A stretch of 31,839 nt of DNA from Cyanophora paradoxa CCMP329 (taxonomy: Eukaryota; Plantae; Glaucophyta): positions 1-31,839 of the forward strand of contig QPMI01000108.1 in assembly GCA_004431415.1 (NCBI GenBank), in the 5' to 3' direction. The translations under genes were made by a program, and so were the position numbers. Below the pieces are notes generated by a model. The model did no database searches. It saw only the letters and a program-made list of their open reading frames with translations, and was not told the origin of the DNA. Shown here in pieces: positions 24,701 through 31,839 of this stretch (its first letter is position 1; every line of letters starts with the position of its first letter).

Positions 24701-25096
24701 CGTCGACGGCGGGCGAAATCGAGCTTGCAGCAGTGCGCGCGCCCTGTTCTGCCATATTCCATCGCTCTGGGGCGTCCGTGGCACGCTTTCGTCGCGGGAC
24801 CGGGCGGGACCGGGTCCCACTTTTCGGGGTTTCGCGATCGAGCCGTGGTATAAATACCGGAATTGATCTACGAGGGAAATTCGATTTTCGCGCGACGCCC
24901 ACGGGAGAGCGGTCGTCTTCGCCGAATTGTAGGGGAGCTATGATTGCGAAAATAAATCAGTGGAGCTGTGGTCAGGTGTGTATTATCTAAGTTACGTCGG
25001 AGACCGTTCGCCTTCATTGCGGAGGTTGCGAATCGGACGCTCGGACGAATCGCAGAGCAGTGGAAAAAAGTAAAAAAAAAATCCGCCCGTTCACCA

Positions 25097-26467
25097 CAAG
25101 CCACACTCACGGGTGTAAGCCCTGCCAATGCATGCCTGCTCGCTCAGCCTCCTGTCTGTCTTAGCGTCGATGAGGCTTAGATGGAGCGCTCGGTGAGCCA
25201 CCGAGCCACCCGGCGAGCCACGGCGCCGGCGGCTGCCCCGCGCGCCTCCGCTCTGCCGGCGAGCCGCGCCGCCGCCCCTGGTGCCTCCGCCCCGTCCACC
25301 AAGTCATGCCGCCAGGCCGCTGCGCTCCGAGGCTGCGCTCTGCCCGGCGAGCCAGCGCACCCGGGCCCGCCGCCATGTGCACCTTATTCACCGCAGCGAT
25401 ATATTGGTACCGGCCGCGGTAGATGGACCCGGGAGCTCAAGCTCGAGGCCCTGAGGTGAGAAATATATATATAATGGTCGGTGGAGCTCGATTTTTGGTG
25501 GAGCTCGAGCTCGAGGTGAAATCTAGGGGGGGAAATATATATATATATTTAATTCCCCCCTAGATCTCCAAATTTGGCGTCGGCTGGGGTTTTGTGCTCT
25601 TCGGTCCACAGAGAGCTTGCGCAAAGCTTGCAAAAGCTCTCAAATGAATACTGTAGCGATGGGCATGCGTGGGGATGCGAGGGCGCGCGGAAAGATGGGC
25701 AGGTTCGTCCAGGATCGAATTCTCGGGGTCGGCTGGGTCCTCGCGGCCCGGCGCATCTGCAAAGCGCGCAGAAGGGTTTGTCTACATCTCAAATGCTTAT
25801 ACTATTGCTCCGCGCATGCGCCGCGGCGTGGGCGCGCGGAAAGATGTCCGGGCCTGTGCAGGATCGAATTTTCGCCACCGCGTGCCTTCCTGCGCTGTTC
25901 CGGCTCCGAAAAGCGGATCGCTGGAGTGCGCAGACGGTGCTATGTCTATGCGCGCCAGTACGCATCGATTGGGCGCGTCGCGGGACGGGCGGACCGGCTG
26001 GTCAAAGTTTCGCCCGACTCTTCGGACTGGAGCGTCGACGGCGCCCGAAATCGAGCTTGGAGCGGTGCGCGCGCCCTCGGCTCTCTTTCTGTTCCGTTCT
26101 GGGGCATTCCTGGTGCGCTTTCGTCGCGGGACCGGGCGGGACCGGGTCCCACTTTTGGGGTTTCGCGATCGAACCGGTATAAATACCGGAATCGATCCGC
26201 GAGAGAAATTCGATTTTCGTGCGACGCCACGGGAGAGCGATCATCTTAGGGAGCCAGGATCGAAATTGATTCATGACAGACGTCGGGATTGCGCGTACAG
26301 TTCGAGATTCGATCCACGAGAGAGAGTCGATGGAAATGCGTGATGTCATCGTCGAGGTAAGTGCGTGAATTGATGAGGACGAGTACGGGCGAACACGGGG
26401 ACGGATGTGACCGGACGTGACCATGAATTTCGTTCGCCGACCGGATTTCCGAAATTGGCAGGGCTAA
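25097..26467 (+). mobile_element. Candidate Helitron-like insertion (A^T site, no TSD, 3' CTAA) containing a satellite fragment
   Basis: The flanks ...ccgcccgttcaccA | TTgatttacggaagaggc... rejoin into the same unit variant as 23581-23760. The insert ends in an imperfect hairpin (26436-26459) followed by agggCTAA. It starts with CA rather than the canonical TC. Confidence 0.4.
25521..25565. other. Palindrome with (AT)n centre (cruciform-prone)
   Basis: atcta-ggggggg-aa-(atatatatatatat ttaa)-tt-cccccc-tagat. Single copy in the window. Confidence 0.75.
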
Positions 26468-29400
26468 TTGATTTACGGAAGAGGCTTCGCCGAAGAGGCT
26501 TCGCCCGACAAGCCCTGGGCCCTGCGGGTCCCAAACATCGGGCGAAGCCCTTGCCGCCCCTTTGCGCCCCCTTTTCATCGCTGCCCGTCGCGGCCCGCCG
26601 TATTTAAATCATATCATATGAGTCGCCGCGGTCCCGTCCCCGTCCCCTTATTTATCGCGGGCCGTCGATCGTGGATCTCGTGGCTGGTGGGGTAGGGTGG
26701 GCCTGGCGGAGGGAGGGATCCTGAGAGGAATATAATTAGGGGAAGTTGTCTGAGAGAGATGTGCTGAGAGGATATAATTATGTAATTAGGGGAATTAATA
26801 TTGCTGGGCTGAGAGAATATAATGAGGGGAGGGTGGTGCTGCCGCAGTGCCAATCAGCATGCAGCTAGCTGTTGAGCTGTGTATTGAGCTGGAGGCGCTG
26901 AGGAAATTGACAGGAAGTGTTGAGGGGAGGATTGAGAATCTCGCGGCCAGGCGCATGCGTAGAGTTTGGGAATCGCTAAACAGAATCTCGAATGCGTACT
27001 ACGGTAGAGGATCGATTGCAGGGCTACGGAGGCGAGGGCGCGCGAAAATACATGCAGGCCTGTCCAGGATGGAAATTTGGTGTCGTTGGGTTGTCGTGCT
27101 CCATCGCGTCCGCAGAGCTTGCGAAACGCTTTGAAAAGATGTTTAATAAATACTGTAGCGAGGGGCATGGGTGAGGACGCGAGGGCGTGCGGAAAGATAC
27201 TCAGGCCGTCGAGGATCGAATTTGGGGTCGGCTGGGTCCTCGCGGTCCGCGCATCTGTAAAGCGCGCGGAAGGCTTTGTATACATCTCAAATGCATATGC
27301 TATTGATCCGTGCATGCGCCGCGGCGTCGACGCGGAAAGATGTCCGGGCTGTGCAGGATCGAATTTTCGCCATCGAGCTCCTTCTAAGCTGGCCCGGCTC
27401 GAAAAGCGGATATGTGGGAGCGCAGGCCTGCTATCTAAGGGTCCCACTTTTTGAGTTTCGCGATCGAACCGTGGTATAAATACCGGAATCGATCAGAGGA
27501 TTTCGATTTTCGCGCGACGCCCACGGAGAGCGGTCGTCTTGGTAAATTCTAGGGAAGCTATGAGTGCGAAAATAATCAGCGGAGGTTGGGCGCCTGTCAG
27601 TTCTACTGTGTGACGTCGGAGACCGTTCGCCTTCATTGCGGAGGTCGCGAAATCTGGACGCTCGGACCAATCGTCTCGATGGAAAAAAAAATAGAATCGG
27701 GCGTTCACCATCGACCTACGGAAGAGGCTTCGCCCGAAGAGGCTTCGCCCGACAAGCCCTGGGCCCCTGCGGGTCCCAAACATCGGCGAAGCCTCCGCCG
27801 CCCCTTCGCGTCCCCTTATTCATCGCGGCCCGTCGCGGCCCATCCTCCCCGTGCCAAATTTTTTCATGAGTGGCCACGGTCCCGTCCCGGTCCCCTATTT
27901 ATCGCGGGCCGTCGTGGTCTCGGTGGCTGGGTGGGTAGGGTGCACGCGGGGCCTGGTGGTGGGATGCAATTAAAGGGAGGGAGGGATCCTGAGAGGGAAT
28001 ATAATTAGGGGAGGAGTTGTCCTGAAGGAGTTTTCTCATGCAGAGAATATAATTATGTAATTAGGGAATTAATATTGCTGGGGCTGAGAGCATATAATGG
28101 GGGAGGGATGGTGCTGCCAATCAGCTAGCTGTAGTTGACCTGGAGGCGCTGAGGAAATTGACAGGAGAGTGTTGAGGGAGTTTTAAGAATCTCGCGGCCA
28201 GGCGCATGCGTAGAGCTTGTGAATCGCTTAAACAGAACTCGAATGCGTAGAGGAGCTTGTGCCACGTGCAGGCTACGAGGCGAGGGCGCGCGAAAATACA
28301 TGCAAGCATGTCCAGGATCGAAAATTTGGCGTCGGCTGGTTCTCGTGCTCCGTCGCATCCGCACAGCTTGCGAACGCTTTGAAATGAATGTTAAATAAAT
28401 ACTGTAGCGAGGGGCAATGGGTGAGGACCGAGGGCGTGCGGAAAGATGCTCAGGCCCGTCGAGGATCGAATTTTGGGGTCGGCTGGGTCCTTGCGGTCCG
28501 GCACATCTGTAAAGCGCGCGGAAGGCTTCTTCTACATCTAAAATAACATATGCTATTGATCCGCGCATGCGCCACGGCGTGGGCGCGCGGAAAGATGTCC
28601 GGGACGTGCAGGATCGAATTTTCGCCATCGGTACCTTCCTGCGCTGTTCCGGCTCCGAAAAGCGGATATCTGGAGTGCGCAGGCCCTGCTTATGTCTATG
28701 CGCGCGAGTACGCATCGATTGCGCGCGCGCAGGACCGGACGGAACCGGCAGGATCGAAAGTTTGGCCGACTCTTTCGACCGTCGGACTGGAGCATCGTCG
28801 GCGGCCGAAATCGAGCTTGCAGCGGTGCGTACGCCCTGCTCTGTCACTCTGCATCATGGCATTGGTCTGAAGCGTCCCTGGCGCGCTTTCGTCGCGGGAC
28901 CGGGCGGGACCGGGTCCCACTTTTTGGATTTCGCGATCGAACGGGGTATAAAATACCGGAATCGATCTAGGACGGAAATGCGATTTTCGTCGACGCCCAC
29001 GGGAGAGCGATCGTCTTAGGGGACGAAATGCGATTTTCGTGCGACGCCACGGGAGAGCGATCGTCTTAGGGGAGTCTCGAGTCCAAAAATAAATGTCACG
29101 TCTATAGTAACGTTCGTGGGGTACTGTGTTACATGCGAGACCGTTCGCCTTCATGCGGAGTTGCCAATCGGACTCAATTGAAAAAAATTAATGGGCACGT
29201 TCACCATCGATCTACGGACAAGATCCGTGCTCCTGCGGAGCACTAAGTACGGCGAAGCCTCGCGGACGCCCTCGCGGCTGTCACAGTAGCCTATAGGGCA
29301 CACCTGGGCACTGGCCAGTGTGGCCAGCGGCCTGGCGATCGCGAACAGCTTTCTGGCTGGAAGCTGGCTCGCTGACGGCCAGTCCAGCTAGCCCTGGCCG

Positions 29401-30624
29401 GCTAGAGGATATTAATGTGCTGAGGAAATAAATTAAGGGTGGAGCAGATTGAGAGGAGATTAATTATATAATATTGTTGGGAAGGAGGCCCGCGGCCGGG
29501 AGGGGCGAGGTTCTCGCGGCCAGGCGCATGCACAGAGCTTGCGCATCGCTTAAACAGGACGTCGAAAGCATATAGCATCGATGTGCAGGGCTGCGGAGGC
29601 GAGGGCGCGCGAAAGCTGTGCAGGCCCGTTCAGGATCGAATTTTTGCGTCGGCTGGATTGCCGCGCCTTGTCGCGTCCGCAGAGCTTGCGAAAAGCTTTA
29701 ATAAAATCTCAAATGAATATTGTAGCGATGCGCATGCGCGAGGATGCGAGGCGCGCGGAAAGATGTTCAGGTCCGTCCAGGATCGAATTTTCGGGGTCGG
29801 CTGGGCCCTCGGGCCGGCACATCAGTAAAGCGTGCGAAACGCTTGCTCTACATCTCAGATGCTTATGCTATTGTTCCGCGCATGCGCCGCGGCGTGGCGC
29901 GCGGAAAGATGTCGGGGTCCGTGCAGGATCGAATTTTTGCCGTCGGCTGGTTCTCGTCCTCTTTCGCGTCTTCGATTGTGGAAGGCTTTGATAAAATCTC
30001 AAATGAATATTGTAGCGATGCGCATGCGCGAGACGGAAGTCTTCTTCTACATCTTAAATGCTTATGCTATCGTTCCGCGCATGCGCCGCAGCGTGGGCGC
30101 GCGGAAAGATGTCCGGGCCCGTGCAGGATCGAATTTTTGTCATCGGGTACCTTCCTGCGCTGTTGCGGCTCCGAAAAGCGGATTTCGGGGTGCGCAGGCC
30201 CTGCTATGTCTATGCGCGCCAGTACGCATCGATTGCGCGCGTCGCGAGACCGGGCGGAACCGGCCGGATCAAATTTTCGGCCGACTCTTCGCACTGGAGC
30301 GTCGACGGCGCCCGAAATCGAGTTTGCGGCGATGCGCTCGCCTCGCGCGTCATTCTGTATCGTTCTGGGGCGTCCGTGGCGCGGTTTCGTCGCGGGACCG
30401 GGCGGGACCGGATCCACCCTTCTGAGTCGGACTGCGTTGTCGGAGGTTAAGTACTGGAATTGATCCAGAGGGAAATTCGATATTCGCGCGACGCCCACGG
30501 GAGAGCGGTCGTCTTAGGGGAGTCAGGACGCTAAAAATGGATCTAGAGAGGTCTGTGGGGGTTAGAGTAGCTGTGTTATTTGCGGCAATCGCGTCCGTGT
30601 CGAGGCAGAATTAATAAGTCTGCC

Positions 30625-30816
30625 TTGAGGAGTGTCGATACGGAAATTATTTAGCAGGGGGGATCTCGAGTGGAAAAAAAGGTTAAAAAAGGAATTTGGC
30701 TCGTTGGTTTTTGGGTTTGATTGAGGAGTGTCGATACGGAAATTATTTAGCAGGGGGGATCTCGAGTGGAAAAAAAGGTTAAAAAAGGAATTTGGCTCGT
30801 TGGTTTTTGGGTTTGA
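30625..30816 (+). repeat. Identical 96-bp tandem duplication of a strongly diverged, AT-rich unit segment
   Basis: ttgaggagtgtcgatacggaaattatttagcagg...gggtttga at 30625 and 30721. It retains the unit landmark ctcgagtggaaaaaaa. Confidence 0.9.
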
Positions 30817-31839
30817 GAAAGAGGCTTCGCCTGAAGAGCTTCGCCGACAAGCCCTGGGCCCTGCGGGTCCAAACATCGGGCGAAGCCTCTGCCGCCCCCT
30901 TCGCGTCCCCCTTTTTCATCGCGGTCCGTCGCGGCCCGCCCCTCCCCGTACCCTAAATCATGAGTCGCAAGGGTCCCCGTCCTGGTCCCCTTATTTATCG
31001 CCGCGGTCCCCGTCCTGGTCCCCTTATTTCAAGTTTATCGCGAGGCAGGCCTGAGAGGAGTTGTTCTGAGAGAATATAATTCTGTAATAAGGAGAATTGG
31101 TGCAGCTGATCATGAGAGAGAATATAATGAGGGGAGGAGTGGTGCTGCCAATCAGCTAGCTGTAGTTGAGCTCGAGGCCCTGAGGAAATGAGAGAAGATT
31201 GTTGAGGGAAGGGGCGAGGTTCTCGCGGCCAGGCGCATGCGCAGAGTTTGTGAATCGCTTAAACAGACTCTCGGATACATACATGATCGATGTCCAGGGC
31301 TGCGGAGCGAGGGCAAGCAGAAATATGTGCAGGCCTGTCCAGGATCGAAATTCTCGTGTCGGCTGGCTGCTCGTGCTCCGTCGCGTCCGCAGAGGTTGGA
31401 GAAGGCTTTGAAAAGCTCTAAAATGAATACTGTAGCGAGGGCATGGGTGAGGACGCGAGGGCGCGCGAACAGATGTTCAGGCCTGTCGAGGATCGAATTT
31501 TGGGGGTCGGCTGGGTCCTCGCGGCCGGCGCATTTGGAGACCGTGCAAAAGGCTTCTTCTACATCTCAAAGGCATATATATGCTATTGATCCGCGCATGC
31601 CCGCGGCGTTGGCGCGCGGAAAGATTCCGGGGCTGTGCTGGATCGAATTTTCGCCGTGAGGGACCTTTCTGTGCTGTTCGGCTCCGAAAAGCGGATATCT
31701 GGAGTGCGCAGGCCCTCCTATGTCTATGCGCGCCAGTACGCATCGATTGCGCGCGCCGGGGGACCGGACGGAAACCGAATGGATCAAAATTTCGGCCGAC
31801 TCTTCGGACTGGAGCGTCGATGGCGGCCGAAATCGAGCT

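Larger units (their letters stand above)
455..31839 (+). repeat. Tandem array (complex satellite) of ~21.5 head-to-tail units, mostly 1.3-1.5 kb, running off the right end of the window
   Basis: The landmark GGTATAAATACCGGAA(T)CGATCC or a variant recurs at about 783, 2441, 3870, 4676, 5510, 6937, 8352, 9653, 10947, 12393, 16981, 18048, 19442, 20511, 21926, 23341, 24847, 26176, 27473, 28945 and 30445. Other motifs (tgctatgtctatgcgcgccagtacgcatcga, gacgtcggagaccgttcgccttca, tcgggcgaagcc) recur in the same order and orientation. Confidence 0.97.

Noticed and set aside
26470-28620. Frequent single-base deletions relative to sister units (also ~5800-7800 and ~9960-10380)
   Set aside because: Mostly homopolymer shortenings clustered regionally, more consistent with long-read consensus error than biology. 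Fine-scale variants there should be treated cautiously.
340-31787. Many ORFs of 60-454 aa (e.g. 1489-2853, 7839-8804, 9089-10084, 10449-11375)
   Set aside because: They overlap in all six frames, are Arg/Ala/Gly/Pro-rich, switch frame between repeat copies, start and stop at inconsistent positions and show no recognisable domain. This is expected from stop-poor GC-rich repeats.
455-31839. CRISPR array or bacterial REP/iteron array
   Set aside because: No short identical repeats separated by unique spacers; whole kb-scale units are repeated. No cas or rep genes.
455-31839. 5S rRNA, tRNA, spliced-leader or rDNA repeat array
   Set aside because: No recognisable 5S, tRNA cloverleaf/box A-B, known SL exon or rRNA sequence on either strand. 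The minus-strand T-tract alone is insufficient.
455-31839. Tandem LTR/TRIM array
   Set aside because: No TG...CA bounded direct repeats, and no primer-binding site identified next to the purine tract.

Overview
No credible protein-coding or RNA genes. About 90% of the window (455-31839) is a head-to-tail tandem array of ~21.5 diverged, GC- and CpG-rich units (mostly 1.3-1.5 kb; range 0.8-1.7 kb), all in the same orientation. This probably comes from a GC-rich eukaryote such as an alga or protist (inference). Each unit is composite: (i) about six degenerate ~149-bp monomers, (ii) a TATAAATA box at the centre of an imperfect palindrome, (iii) an A-tract followed by a cassette of cGNAg mini-hairpins that shows compensatory base changes and marks a recurrent rearrangement breakpoint, and (iv) a purine-rich block with a G-quadruplex motif. 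The array is interrupted by a 2,901-bp non-autonomous CACTG-type (CMC/EnSpm) DNA transposon with a clean 3-bp TSD (12424-15324), possibly carrying a nested Tc1/mariner-like element. A second interruption is a 1,371-bp segment sitting at an A^T site with no TSD, ending in CTAA and carrying a piece of the satellite itself (25097-26467, Helitron-like). The ORF track consists of overlapping, frameshifted repeat-derived ORFs and is judged spurious. The most interesting signal is a nucleosome-scale higher-order satellite with a structurally conserved ssDNA hairpin cassette, a candidate for rolling-circle amplification and/or a centromere. Function cannot be established from sequence alone.
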